A stretch of DNA of 64,000 bases, taken from a virus. The notes under the pieces are model-generated. The model saw only the letters and a list, made by a program, of their open reading frames with translations, had not been told where the DNA came from and searched no databases. A program made the translations under genes and the position numbers. The first letter of the stretch is position 1. Each line of letters begins with the position of its first letter. Location of the stretch: positions 200,604 through 264,603 of IMG/VR virus record IMGVR_UViG_3300045988_173726. One strand, 5' to 3'. Positions 42,112 to 52,265 of this stretch are shown here, one piece after another.

Positions 42112-42268
42112 TAAGCTGACAGGTAGAAGTAGAGCAAGTAGTACGGTATATGCGAAAGAGGTTACAGGGGAAGCTAGGAGTAAAAACTTCGTTTATCTGA
42201 TTCGAGGCTTGGTCTGTGAGGCAGACGGGGAAAATTCAAGAATAGTAGGCTTTTTAGTCCAGAAATAA
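42098..42268 (+). pseudogene. Fragment of a family N-terminal module (frame 2), out of frame with 42280..42702
   Basis: It encodes '...FVYLIRGLVCEADGENSRIVGFLVQK*', which matches the first strand-turn-strand of the paralog N-termini. There is no good start or RBS. The next ORF continues the module in frame 1. Confidence 0.35.
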
Positions 42269-42279
42269 ACCTGCGAGGT

Positions 42280-42702
42280 ATGGTAGGCGGTGACGACAGC
42301 TGGTATTATATTCCGCTTGCCGTTTATGCTGAACTACTTCGCGGAGGTTTTGTGGAGCATTTTAGTCTTAATGAAAAAGAGCATAGCGAGTTTAGTCCTT
42401 ATTTGTTTCCGATATTTAAGCGCAGGAACGAGGGTGAATTTGTAGTGGTCGAGGCAGGGAAGGCGATACGAGTCTATGGTTCTGATAAGACAGGTTTATT
42501 TGGGGCATTTGATAGGCTTGGAAATAATATATCTGGAAGTGATGTGCCTTTTAGCTGGTACAGGGAGCATCTGGGGGAGTTTGCGCTGTCTACAAGCGCC
42601 TCGATGCGGCTAATGGACAAGTATGGTATGGGAGAGGCTAGATTTTACTGGTGCTTGTCTCGTTCAATAGAGAAAGAGAATTTAAGGAGGAGAAATAAGT
42701 GA
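42280..42702 (+). CDS. Stand-alone remnant of the family N-terminal module
   Basis: 'YLFPIFKRRNEGEFVVVEAGKAIRVYG' corresponds to the 'LPxF...G(K/R)xRI' motif of the paralogs. There is no linker or LRR part. Confidence 0.45.
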   Translation: MVGGDDSWYYIPLAVYAELLRGGFVEHFSLNEKEHSEFSPYLFPIFKRRNEGEFVVVEAGKAIRVYGSDKTGLFGAFDRLGNNISGSDVPFSWYREHLGEFALSTSASMRLMDKYGMGEARFYWCLSRSIEKENLRRRNK

Positions 42703-43004
42703 GTGTGTCGAATATAGAGCGCGAGACAGTGATTCTGTTTAACGAAGCAGAGGATACGGTGAGTGTATACACATTTAACCAGACTCTAAAGCGGAAGTTA
42801 GGAGATTTTAGCGAGAAGTATCCTGCACTTTGTAAAAAGACGGCAGAGGATAGCCTAGGAAGCGTGACCTATTCAGTCGCAAAGGACAGGCTTTCGATAA
42901 GTTTACGCGCTCCGCTTAGTGAGGAGAAGAAAGAAGCGCTTCGTGAGAGAGGTAAGAAGCTGTTTGAGAGGCTTAAGGCGAAGCAGAGTCGGGAAGAGGG
43001 GTAA
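42699..43004 (+). CDS. Hypothetical protein
   Basis: 101-aa ORF with a GTGA overlap to the upstream gene. No family recognised. Confidence 0.45.
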   Translation: MSVSNIERETVILFNEAEDTVSVYTFNQTLKRKLGDFSEKYPALCKKTAEDSLGSVTYSVAKDRLSISLRAPLSEEKKEALRERGKKLFERLKAKQSREEG

Positions 43005-43009
43005 GCCGA

Positions 43010-44986
43010 ATGGATTATTCTTATAATGGACGGAAGAAAGTAGAGGTTTACGCAGTTTACGGTAAGGTGGAGAGTTCCGATGAGTATTTGCTAGCGGTAG
43101 CAGACACTCATCGTGATGGATTTCGTTTTTCAGCCTGTAAGGTATGCGGCAGTGATTATATACGGGAGTTAGCGGAGAATGGTAGACTGCTGTTTTTCCG
43201 TAATTGCGGTGATAGGCTTACATCAAGTGTTCCGAACAGTATGTTTGCTTCATTTGTTGTGGGAGAAGATGGGAAGCCCGTGCTTAAGAAGCGTGGAGTT
43301 CCGATGCTTTTATCTGTAGAGAGTGTAGTGGAAAGCACAGCTACGGTAAATCTTATCCTAGCGGACGGCACGCTGTTTCATGGGGATATTGGGGCATGGG
43401 AGTTAGGTCGTAGGATAGTTTATCGGGGTGAAGATGTAGTCGAGGGGTCTATTCTTTCGGATGCCTATTACGAAGATACAAGCGAGGTTTTAGGGGATAG
43501 TCTAGAGCGTTTTATGATTCGCCGTTTTGAGATTGTTGCAAAGAACGCGGAGTATAGTAAAGAGGCTTCGAGGTCTGCACTGGTCGGCGGGGCTTTTGCA
43601 GAGTACAATGGAAATGCGAGGGATGCGTTTAAGGACGAGTTTTACAAAGAAAACGGTTTATTTTGGGTTGTAACGAGCTTTTATCAGTGTTCAAATCATG
43701 TGTGTAGGTTACCTTCTTATGTAGACGGGTTAGAGTTTAACATAGACCGTTGTATGGAGACTGGTGTAAAGGTGGTGGATGCGTCTTGTTGTGAGAAGTT
43801 GAGCTATATTAATATATTCTCCGCAAGTGGAAGGATTTATGATGAGAAAGTCACTGTAATTCTTCCCAGTAAGTTTAGGTCTATTAAGGATAAGTTAAGC
43901 CTCTACGGGGTAAGTATCGACTTTTTAGGGGCTAATATATCTGTAAAAGAGTTTTCGGCAACGGACAGTGAAGTTAAAAACATAGGTCGGGTTAAGACGA
44001 ATGGGATATACATAGCAGGAACTAGCTTTATGCAGGACGAATTAGAGGTGTCACTTGTGGGCGGGTATAGAAGTGACAGGGAAATTTTCCTAGAGGTACC
44101 GTCCCTTGTGTTAAACATTTCTTCAAAGTATGACGGATGTATTATAGAGAGTGATAGCCTAGAGCGTTTGTCGGTATCCTGTAAGAGCGTCTGCTTAGAG
44201 AGTTTTTCCGAGTGCGTTACAGCGCAGAATCTAAAAGAAGTTCGTCTGGTTGCTGGGGAAGTGAGTTCTTTGCTCGCTGGTAGAGTAGAGGATAGGTTTC
44301 ATGTGTTATTGTTTGGGTCAGAGCGTCTTTCGAGCATAAGTATCATGGCAGACAGTATAAAGGGGCGTGCGACTACTTTGTTTTGTAGGGACAGTGTGAG
44401 GGTAAACATAGAGACCAAGGACGGGAGTGAGGAGAAGGTTTGTATTTCTCCTAGGCAGTTTAGCGATAGGTTTATTAGGATATGTAGCGTGCTTGGTGGC
44501 GGCTGTATTCGGTATCATAACGGGGTATTTGCGCTGGCTTTTGACTATGATTATTCGTTTGATAAGATGGCACGGGTATTTAGGACAGAGGGAGACAAAA
44601 TAATCCTAGACATACCGGAAGAAATCAAAGAGTTTAGAGGGTTTTCTAGGGATTATGAGTTTGATTTCGAGACGGTTCTGCGCTTTAACGGGGATATAGC
44701 AATAACTGGGCAGATGGACGGGCTTAAGCCTGTTCGTATTGAGAACAGTGAGTTTATTACGAGTCTTTGTAACTATGCGTTTGCGGATTGCGAGGTAGCG
44801 AAGTTTGAGTTTAGGATAGGTGATAAGCTAAAGAGGTTGCCTGATAACTGTTTTCGGAGTTCTGGGATAAGTAGGATTTACGGGATAGAGAAGCTAGAGA
44901 GCGTATCTCCGACTGCGGTAGAGAATTGCGTATTAGATAGTGCGACCGAGAGGGAGCTAAAGGCTAAGATTCAGCGGAAGGTTTAA
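43010..44986 (+). CDS. Cys-linker + LRR-like family paralog 3 (with C-terminal BspA-type LRRs)
   Basis: 'SRSALVGGAFAE...QCSNHVCRL...GVKVVDASCCEKL'. C-terminal 'ITSLCNYAFADCEVAKFEFRIGDKLKRLPDNCF'. Confidence 0.65.
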   Translation: MDYSYNGRKKVEVYAVYGKVESSDEYLLAVADTHRDGFRFSACKVCGSDYIRELAENGRLLFFRNCGDRLTSSVPNSMFASFVVGEDGKPVLKKRGVPMLLSVESVVESTATVNLILADGTLFHGDIGAWELGRRIVYRGEDVVEGSILSDAYYEDTSEVLGDSLERFMIRRFEIVAKNAEYSKEASRSALVGGAFAEYNGNARDAFKDEFYKENGLFWVVTSFYQCSNHVCRLPSYVDGLEFNIDRCMETGVKVVDASCCEKLSYINIFSASGRIYDEKVTVILPSKFRSIKDKLSLYGVSIDFLGANISVKEFSATDSEVKNIGRVKTNGIYIAGTSFMQDELEVSLVGGYRSDREIFLEVPSLVLNISSKYDGCIIESDSLERLSVSCKSVCLESFSECVTAQNLKEVRLVAGEVSSLLAGRVEDRFHVLLFGSERLSSISIMADSIKGRATTLFCRDSVRVNIETKDGSEEKVCISPRQFSDRFIRICSVLGGGCIRYHNGVFALAFDYDYSFDKMARVFRTEGDKIILDIPEEIKEFRGFSRDYEFDFETVLRFNGDIAITGQMDGLKPVRIENSEFITSLCNYAFADCEVAKFEFRIGDKLKRLPDNCFRSSGISRIYGIEKLESVSPTAVENCVLDSATERELKAKIQRKV

Positions 44987-45009
44987 GAGTTTACAGAAAG
45001 CGGGTACAA

Positions 45010-45894
45010 GTGAACGGAAGCCTGTATTTTGATTGTGCGAGTGGGTGTAGATTTAACGAAGCGCTAAGTGCCTTTACAATGAGTTATGGAGTTGCGAATC
45101 TGCTTACGAGTGTCCCGCCATGTGATAATGGAGTTTGCGTGCTACCTTCATTTACAGACGGGATTGATTTAGACTCTGGCGACTTATCAGATATGGGGAT
45201 TAAGGTTTTAGACGCTTCTAAGTGCAAGAAGTTAAAGTTTGTTAGCTTATCGGCAGGAAGGGTAGAGAACAAGGTTAGGCTAATAATGCCGAGAAATTTA
45301 TCAGATTTAAGGGTATTGATGCTGTGTGGAGTGACAGTTGATTTTAAGTCAGCAGAGTTATGGCTAGATACTCTGGCAATAGACTTATTTAGCGAGGTAT
45401 CTGGAATTGAAGAGGTGCATTGTGCGAATGTGAGTATAGACAATACAGTTTGTTTTAGGCAGGATATCCTAGTGCTTAACAATGATGTAGTAACTTATGA
45501 CAACATACCTTCCATTAGCGAGGTATATAGCAGTCCTATTCGACTTAAAGTAGTGGGATTGGATAGGATTTCACAGCAGGAGATAGAGATTCAGAGTGAT
45601 GAGGTAGCGGAGCTAAGTTTATTTGGTAGTATATTTGCGGTGATTCCGTTTAGTGAGGCAATAAGAGCCAAAAATCTTCGAGTTCTAAATTTAGAGGTGC
45701 AAGAGGTAAGGTCATATATGCGCGGCTATGGTAGAGAAGTTTGCGTTGGTGCTTTTGGAAATCGTCTGTTGTTCGGTTCTGATAAGCTAAAAGAGATAAA
45801 TATACGCGCAGAGAAGATAGACAGCGAGGATGAGAGAACTCTTCGCGATTATTACAGTAAGTTCGGGGTGAGATTGAGCGTAACAAGAGTTTAA
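45010..45894 (+). CDS. Family paralog lacking the N-terminal module (LRR part only)
   Basis: It begins just before 'PPCDNGVCVL...GIKVLDASKCKKL'. 294 aa. Confidence 0.55.
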   Translation: MNGSLYFDCASGCRFNEALSAFTMSYGVANLLTSVPPCDNGVCVLPSFTDGIDLDSGDLSDMGIKVLDASKCKKLKFVSLSAGRVENKVRLIMPRNLSDLRVLMLCGVTVDFKSAELWLDTLAIDLFSEVSGIEEVHCANVSIDNTVCFRQDILVLNNDVVTYDNIPSISEVYSSPIRLKVVGLDRISQQEIEIQSDEVAELSLFGSIFAVIPFSEAIRAKNLRVLNLEVQEVRSYMRGYGREVCVGAFGNRLLFGSDKLKEINIRAEKIDSEDERTLRDYYSKFGVRLSVTRV

Positions 45895-45925
45895 GCGGAC
45901 GGTAGGAACAAAATTTGATTTAGAG

Positions 45926-45957
45926 ACGGGAGCTGATAAGTACACGCTCCCGTTTTA
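45926..45957 (+). terminator. Rho-independent terminator
   Basis: Stem acgggagc/gctcccgt with a 12-nt loop, then tttt. Confidence 0.65.
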
Positions 45958-46275
45958 GCGATATAAGTTTAAGTAAGAGTTTGGGCTTTATGAGGCTTAT
46001 TTTGCCTCTAGCCTTATGGGGGACGAGAGTGCTGTTTTAGGGGAGTTTAACAATTAGGGGTAGAGGGGGCCGAGTAATCGGTTTAAGCGGCGTAGCGGGG
46101 CGCGTGGTGCGTCACAGGGCATGCAGAAGATGTTTGCTGGGGCAAGCGTTAGTATCGAAGCAAGTGCGGTTGTCTGGGAATCTTATGGTTCAGATAGCCC
46201 ACGCAATAGCGACACAGAGGTAGGATTTAGTAAGTTGCCAGAGAGTCTAAGAGGAATTATTGTGAGGAGGGGGAG

Positions 46276-47979
46276 ATGAGCGAGCAAGAGTTTATTTTGG
46301 AGGCGAAAGAATATAGCTTTGATGAAAATAAGAAGGATTCTGTCTTTCAGATAGCGGCTATTGTTATAGCTACAGTAGGAGATGTAACGCGGCTAGGTAA
46401 ATCTTTCAAGCATGGGGCTGGCGGGTTTAAGGGAGCGCTTATAACTTATTGGCAGAGCTTGGAGAACAAGGAGACAGGTGAGTTAGAGGGAAAGTATTCT
46501 GACTATGAGTATGTTAGTGAAGCAGAGCTAGTGAAGCTATATAACGAGTCAGAGGAGCATGGTAAGCGCTATGTTTATTACGGCGAAGATGAGAACTTGT
46601 TTCCCTATAAGATTGCTGAATATGCTGTAGTGGCTACTGACGGATGGTCTGCTTTATGGTATGAGCCTATATCCTATCCTAATTATATTTCATGTGGTGA
46701 CGGTAAGTATCAACTGGTAAGTGAGGGGCATATTCGGGGTTTGTTTGGTAGTTTATATGATTGTTTGAACTACGGAACAAGCGGTTTAATCGTGTCTAAG
46801 TTTGAGTATTTTGATTCAAAAGGAGTTATAAAGGAAAAGATTTGGTCTGACGAAGCTTTGATTTGGGTTCAGCGGAAGCTGTTGGTTGAGGACGACCTGT
46901 TTCTTAGCCTTAATGATAGAGAGTCTGCTTTTGTGAAGTATTGGATTAGAAAGACAGCAGAGCTTTCCACTAATGAGGAGTATGCGTTGGCTGTGGCAAG
47001 AAACAGGATAACTTATGCGGACTGTAGCGCGGAAATATATTCTGAATTTAATGCAGAATACGGGAAGTGCTTAGACGGGTTCAACCCCTGTGCCAGTGGA
47101 GTTTGTAAGCTAATTGGGGATATTGATACAGCAGAGCTTATGTTGCCACTTCCCGATGACATGCGAGTTCTGGATTTTTCAAACTGTAAGTATCTATCAA
47201 AGATTAAGTTCGCTATGTATGAAGCTAACGCGGGGTTGCCAAAGGATAGTATAGTTCTACCTAAAGGCGGTAAAAGTATTTTGTCGGTGTTAGCGTGGGA
47301 TGAAGGTGAAGATATTTCAGAGATTGGGTTGCCCTCGTATGGTGGGAGTACAATTGCGTTTATTGGGGAAGGATGGTTAAAGGCAGAGTCATTGTTCTTT
47401 AACGAGGCTGTGATTGAGGGTATATCTAAAATACAAATCATAGGGTGTGAGAATACTTCTGCTCCTTATGAGGATTATATTTGGGCTATTCATCCCGACC
47501 CTATACGGTTTTATAGCGTGACTGGCATTCCGAATCTTGATATATGGTGCAACTATGCAAAGATTCTTTGCGGAAGAGAGGTATCGGAGGCTTTAGACTT
47601 AACCTGTAGGATAGACATGTATAATACTGATACAGAGGTTTTGCGTATAACAGGTAACGCGCCGAATCTTGTTGTAGAGGTTAGTAACTGCGGTAAGCTT
47701 CGAGAGGTAGAGATTAAAACCGAAGGTACGGTATGTTTTACGGATATTATTAAACTGGTGAATGATAATCATTCTTTAGCGCGTGTAACTGTAAAGGCGG
47801 GTAGGCTTGTAGGTAAAGTAGACAGTTTCGAGGACTTTCCTGTTTTTAAGAAGGCTCTAAAGAGAGGGGTGCTTGTCACAGTAGAGGCAAATTCCCTACA
47901 GATAGACGGTAAGGTATCCCTTTCGTTTGATACTGGCAAGGCAGAATCCTGCACACTTAGTTGGGGAGGAAAGAAATGA
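46276..47979 (+). CDS. Cys-linker + LRR-like family paralog
   Basis: 'ARNRITYADCSA...NPCASGVCKL...MRVLDFSNCKYL'. RBS 'gaggaggggg'. Confidence 0.65.
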   Translation: MSEQEFILEAKEYSFDENKKDSVFQIAAIVIATVGDVTRLGKSFKHGAGGFKGALITYWQSLENKETGELEGKYSDYEYVSEAELVKLYNESEEHGKRYVYYGEDENLFPYKIAEYAVVATDGWSALWYEPISYPNYISCGDGKYQLVSEGHIRGLFGSLYDCLNYGTSGLIVSKFEYFDSKGVIKEKIWSDEALIWVQRKLLVEDDLFLSLNDRESAFVKYWIRKTAELSTNEEYALAVARNRITYADCSAEIYSEFNAEYGKCLDGFNPCASGVCKLIGDIDTAELMLPLPDDMRVLDFSNCKYLSKIKFAMYEANAGLPKDSIVLPKGGKSILSVLAWDEGEDISEIGLPSYGGSTIAFIGEGWLKAESLFFNEAVIEGISKIQIIGCENTSAPYEDYIWAIHPDPIRFYSVTGIPNLDIWCNYAKILCGREVSEALDLTCRIDMYNTDTEVLRITGNAPNLVVEVSNCGKLREVEIKTEGTVCFTDIIKLVNDNHSLARVTVKAGRLVGKVDSFEDFPVFKKALKRGVLVTVEANSLQIDGKVSLSFDTGKAESCTLSWGGKK

Positions 47980-49403
47980 ATAGTGAGGAGAGTTTTCGTG
48001 AACTCTTGTGTGAGAAAGAGGGCGGTGTTTTAACGGTAGACGGGGAATCAAAGCACTGGAATATGCTGTATCTCGTGGGGCTTGTCGGGTATTCGGAAAA
48101 GCGTATAATGGGAAAACTTGTTACTGCGAAGTCCCCGAGTAGTGGAAAGGGTGAAGTCTTTTATATCTCTGTCAAAGCGTTTAATCGGTGGTGTGTAAAA
48201 CCAAGAGGTACAAAGCCAGAGAACAAGCATAGGTGGGACTGCGCCGTGAGGGGAAGGTCGGATGAGAGCAACCCAGATAATAGACTTAGCTTTGAAGTAT
48301 CGGATTTTCCTTTTTATAAAAAGGATGGTGCAGTGTTTACGCGACTTTCGTTGGGTAGGTATCGCTTTTTCGGGGATTTCAAAGATTTTAAGGACGGAAA
48401 TCCCTTTGTAGGGTTTAGCGGAGAGGGAGAGCCTTTATGTTTTACTCCGAGTTATGAGTGGTTGAAACGAGAGTATGAGAATGTATCTTTTATTAGCGAT
48501 ACAGATTATGGGTCGGATGTTTGTAAGCGTATAATTATGCGGCATCTTCGTCTTGTAGAAGATGAAGAGTATCAGCTAGAGGCGGTGAGGAGTAAGCTAA
48601 CGGGGAGTGATTGCGCAGTTAAGGCTGTGGGAAATGACGGGGTTAATGTATACTATTTTAATTCCTCGAATAATGGGGTTTGTAAGTTACTGAATGATGT
48701 AGACTGTCTGTATATTGGCAGGGCTGACTATCTTAATGGGGTTAAAGTTATTGACGCATCTAGCTGTAAAGACCTTCATAACATTGACATAGCATGGGTT
48801 GGTGATTGCACTTTTATCATGCCTTCCGCGTCTAATGGATTAAAGAAGTTAAGTCTTTGCGCGGTTAATGTTGTTGGTTTATCTAAAGTCATATTTAGAC
48901 GCGAGCTAGGGGACACTGGAAATTTTACATTAGAGTTAAAGTCGTGTACAGGGTTAGACATGCTTAGTGTCGAGGCTACTGGATATTCAAGAAATGACGC
49001 TAGTAACGCTATTGTAATTGAAGATGCTACGCTTAGAGGGTTAGTCATAAACGCTCCTACATTAAGGCTGTCGGCTGGAACATTTCGTCTTACGACCCCG
49101 TGTTTACGGAGTTTAGAGGTAGAAGCGGGGGCGTTAAAAGTGAGTGAATTGTTCGCAATGCTTTTAGAGATGCCAGAGGTAGAGAATATTAGCCTAAGAG
49201 TTAGTAAGATAGAGGTATCTAAAGATGAGCGCGGGTCTATATGGCTTAATTTTGACGCATTTAAGAGGTTAAAGTGCCTGCATATAGAGGTAGCAGAGCA
49301 GTGTAACGAGGAGTTTCGGCTTGTATTGCCAGAGGGTTGTTCTGCGACTGCCAGAGGAGTGATGTGTTCAGTTTATAAGAAAGTAGGTGAACTTGGTGGA
49401 TAA
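47976..49403 (+). CDS. Cys-linker + LRR-like family paralog
   Basis: 'VRSKLTGSDCAV...SSNNGVCKL...GVKVIDASSCKDL'. ATGA overlap with the upstream stop; the track start is 47961. Confidence 0.65.
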   Translation: MNSEESFRELLCEKEGGVLTVDGESKHWNMLYLVGLVGYSEKRIMGKLVTAKSPSSGKGEVFYISVKAFNRWCVKPRGTKPENKHRWDCAVRGRSDESNPDNRLSFEVSDFPFYKKDGAVFTRLSLGRYRFFGDFKDFKDGNPFVGFSGEGEPLCFTPSYEWLKREYENVSFISDTDYGSDVCKRIIMRHLRLVEDEEYQLEAVRSKLTGSDCAVKAVGNDGVNVYYFNSSNNGVCKLLNDVDCLYIGRADYLNGVKVIDASSCKDLHNIDIAWVGDCTFIMPSASNGLKKLSLCAVNVVGLSKVIFRRELGDTGNFTLELKSCTGLDMLSVEATGYSRNDASNAIVIEDATLRGLVINAPTLRLSAGTFRLTTPCLRSLEVEAGALKVSELFAMLLEMPEVENISLRVSKIEVSKDERGSIWLNFDAFKRLKCLHIEVAEQCNEEFRLVLPEGCSATARGVMCSVYKKVGELGG

Positions 49404-50484
49404 TGGAGTGTTGAAGATTAGAGAAACAAGTTTACAGGAGATGCTTGATAAAGGCGAGTGTTTGGTTCGTTTTCCAGACGGTAGGGAGGAGATGGTAAAA
49501 CTAACTTTTGACTTTGTAAAGGCGAATTACGAGCAAATAGAGTTTCCGCTGATTAACGAGAAGGAGGAGGAAGTGTATAAGGCGAATCTTTATCGCCGTC
49601 TTAAGCTAACAGATAATGACGAGTATCGGCTTGCCCGTGCAAGGAGCGCGCTTACCCATGAGGATTGCGGGGTTAGAGAGTGCAGTAGAGACGGGATTGT
49701 AGAGATTAATGAGTTGTGTGAGAGCCATAACGGAGTTTGTAAGCTAATAAATGATATAGATAAGTTGTCACTTGACACTAGAGAGCTTTCAAAGAGTGGA
49801 GTTAAGGTTCTTGATTTAGGCGCGTGTGACGATTTATTGAATCTACAGCTATTTATTGACCAGTCCAATAAGCCTGATACTGTGTTAATTCTTCCGTCTG
49901 CTTCAAATGGTTACGAGAAGTTTTTTATTGGAAACTGTGCAGTAAAGGGTTTATCGGAGATAAAGGTTTTGCTAAGCAGGATGACTATTGGTCGTAAGGC
50001 TGGTCATTATGTAAGAGTAGCTAGTGTAACTGGTCTTGATAGTCTTAGCATACGGTTGGAAGGTAGTGATTACTGTGCTGGAGACAGTCATGATATAAGC
50101 GTATATGAAAATGACGACCTAAAGAGCCTAGATATAGACTATATTTTGCCGTCTTACGGTACGAAGTTTGGCTTGTCTGTAAGGAATAACGACAAATTAA
50201 AGAAATTATCAATTAGGACTCTTGAGTTTAAATTTGATATTGATTCCGCATTTGGCTTTCTTCCGAGTCTCGAAGAGCTTAGTATTTCTGTGCTTTCGTC
50301 ATATGGAATCACAGCGCTTGATTTAAGCAATTTGGAAAGTCTTAAGAGGTTTTCGTTTACATCGGAGGAATCTGGCTGTATCAATATTCTTGTCAGTAAT
50401 GAGTGTGAGGTTGTGGTAAACGGAACGAGCGCGAAGGTTTTTAGATACGATAGGTATATTGAAGGAGGAAAGCATGAAGAATAA
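49387..50484 (+). CDS. Cys-linker + LRR-like family paralog (short N-terminus)
   Basis: 'ARSALTHEDCGV...ESHNGVCKL...GVKVLDLGACDDL'. The start codon is uncertain. Confidence 0.6.
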   Translation: MNLVDNGVLKIRETSLQEMLDKGECLVRFPDGREEMVKLTFDFVKANYEQIEFPLINEKEEEVYKANLYRRLKLTDNDEYRLARARSALTHEDCGVRECSRDGIVEINELCESHNGVCKLINDIDKLSLDTRELSKSGVKVLDLGACDDLLNLQLFIDQSNKPDTVLILPSASNGYEKFFIGNCAVKGLSEIKVLLSRMTIGRKAGHYVRVASVTGLDSLSIRLEGSDYCAGDSHDISVYENDDLKSLDIDYILPSYGTKFGLSVRNNDKLKKLSIRTLEFKFDIDSAFGFLPSLEELSISVLSSYGITALDLSNLESLKRFSFTSEESGCINILVSNECEVVVNGTSAKVFRYDRYIEGGKHEE

Positions 50485-50531
50485 GCTAGTAGCAAAGGCG
50501 TTAAATCCTTGTATTTTGGTCGAGGGCATAA

Positions 50532-52181
50532 ATGATTGATAGAGAGGGTTTATTTAGCCCGAATGCGACTAGTAGAGGAGAGCCAGATAGCGACAAGCTA
50601 GCATATTTGTCTCTTAGGATAAATGGTCTGGCGGGTGATGTTGACATAAGAACACTTGAAAAAATATCGTTTTATGCCGCATTAGCCTACGACCCGATTC
50701 GGACAAGAGTCCAAGAATCAGTTCAATGTAAATTTGCGACTGCTGGTTTTGGGATTACAAAAGAGGGTTTACCATTTGCTTTGGTAGTACCAATGAGCAG
50801 TTTTTTGTCTCGTAATGTCGGACGGGATTGGTCGGTACGCGCCGTTACGACGTCCGAGTATTGGGAGCATGTATCATTGAATGTGGTAGTCGAGTTTAGC
50901 GCAGGAATCCCTTTGTCAGATGAATGGAAAGCCGAATTTCCTTTGATGGACGAGGAAGGCAATTTACTAGAGAGTGGTAGGCTTCGGGTTTATGCTTTTG
51001 GGGATGTACTTGTAGCTAACGGGTTTGACGTGGAGATACCGTGCGGCTTTGTTTCTGTGGATGGTGAGCTTTGGAATGGAAGTGAGTTAAATGACAGTTA
51101 TTTTGTAGATAACGAAGAAGTTAAGGTTTATTCAGATAAACAGGAATATAAGGATAGCATTACGAACGGTATAGCTCGGTTGTCTAGCTATTTAAGTAGA
51201 AGTGTAGCGGCGCGTAATCGTTTAACAGGTGCAGACTGTTGTGTTTATAAGCTAGTCGCAAGCAAGACAGCTCCGATTGTAGTGACTGGGTTTAATTCAA
51301 GTCAGAACGGTGTTTGTACAGTAAGTGATTGTGCCGATTGGATAGGTGCAAGAGAGGATAGCTTATATAACGCAAACATCAAAGTGCTTGATATGCAGAA
51401 GAGCGCGGTAAAGCGTGTTCAGATATTTGAGAGTAAGGGGGATAGCCTGTCTTTATGCTTTCCAGAGAGCCAGTATTTCGGAAGCCTTGTATTTTCAGAC
51501 CTAGAGGTAATACTTGTAGGTCAAGTTTGTGTCCGAGGTTTTAAGGCGACATCCTGTAAGGTTTCTGGTTTAAGCTATGTGCAGTATGTGGATTATGACG
51601 CTTTTGGAATTACGCCGATAAAGGAAGGGATGGATGACGAGTTCGAGAGAGGGCTTATCTTTCACTTGATACGAGTGGTAGGGCTTGGTTTAGTCGTAAT
51701 AGAGGGAAGTAACTGTTTATCGGAGACAACGCATTCAGAGCTGTTAATAAGCAACACAGATATAAAGAGTTTAACGGTTAAGTTGTATGGGACTGTTATA
51801 AAGATGCTTCGTGTTTCGGATTGTCTTTATATTAAGTCTATAGATATTGACTGCGACGAGGTAAGCCTTAGAGAAATAATAGGATTTGTGCAGAACTGTC
51901 CTAGGCTAAAGGAGATTAAGATACATGTAAAGAGGATGCCGTTTGTAACATACGATACGAAGTCGAAATGGGTCGGCGAAGAGTTTGTAAACAAGACATA
52001 CAGTGAAATTACGGCAGATGCGATGTTGTTGCTGACGAACGAGGCTCTTACAAAGTTTACGCTATTGGCAGACAACCTAGTAGATTTTCCGAGCATAAAG
52101 GTTAAGTTCCCGATTTTGCACAAGATGGAGCTAAGTTTATCCGACAATTTGAAAAAGTTTATAGATGTCATAAAGTGTTAG
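50532..52181 (+). CDS. Cys-linker + LRR-like family paralog
   Basis: 'ARNRLTGADCCV...SSQNGVCTV...NIKVLDMQKSAV'. Confidence 0.65.
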   Translation: MIDREGLFSPNATSRGEPDSDKLAYLSLRINGLAGDVDIRTLEKISFYAALAYDPIRTRVQESVQCKFATAGFGITKEGLPFALVVPMSSFLSRNVGRDWSVRAVTTSEYWEHVSLNVVVEFSAGIPLSDEWKAEFPLMDEEGNLLESGRLRVYAFGDVLVANGFDVEIPCGFVSVDGELWNGSELNDSYFVDNEEVKVYSDKQEYKDSITNGIARLSSYLSRSVAARNRLTGADCCVYKLVASKTAPIVVTGFNSSQNGVCTVSDCADWIGAREDSLYNANIKVLDMQKSAVKRVQIFESKGDSLSLCFPESQYFGSLVFSDLEVILVGQVCVRGFKATSCKVSGLSYVQYVDYDAFGITPIKEGMDDEFERGLIFHLIRVVGLGLVVIEGSNCLSETTHSELLISNTDIKSLTVKLYGTVIKMLRVSDCLYIKSIDIDCDEVSLREIIGFVQNCPRLKEIKIHVKRMPFVTYDTKSKWVGEEFVNKTYSEITADAMLLLTNEALTKFTLLADNLVDFPSIKVKFPILHKMELSLSDNLKKFIDVIKC

Positions 52182-52191
52182 AGTAATACTA

Positions 52192-52237
52192 ATAGGCGGG
52201 ACAGCGGTTAATCCGAAAGACCCGCCTATGTTTATGT
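52192..52237 (+). terminator. Probable terminator hairpin
   Basis: 9-bp stem ataggcggg/cccgcctat with a 20-nt loop, followed by the T-rich gtttatgtt. Confidence 0.45.
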
Positions 52238-52265
52238 TAAAAATAATTTACAGGAGGCTTGTCAA

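Noticed and set aside
46235-46263. TTGCCA-N17-TATTGT promoter-like match upstream of 46276.
   Set aside because: A transcript starting about 7 nt downstream would remove most of the 'gaggaggggg' RBS of the gene, so the match is probably fortuitous.
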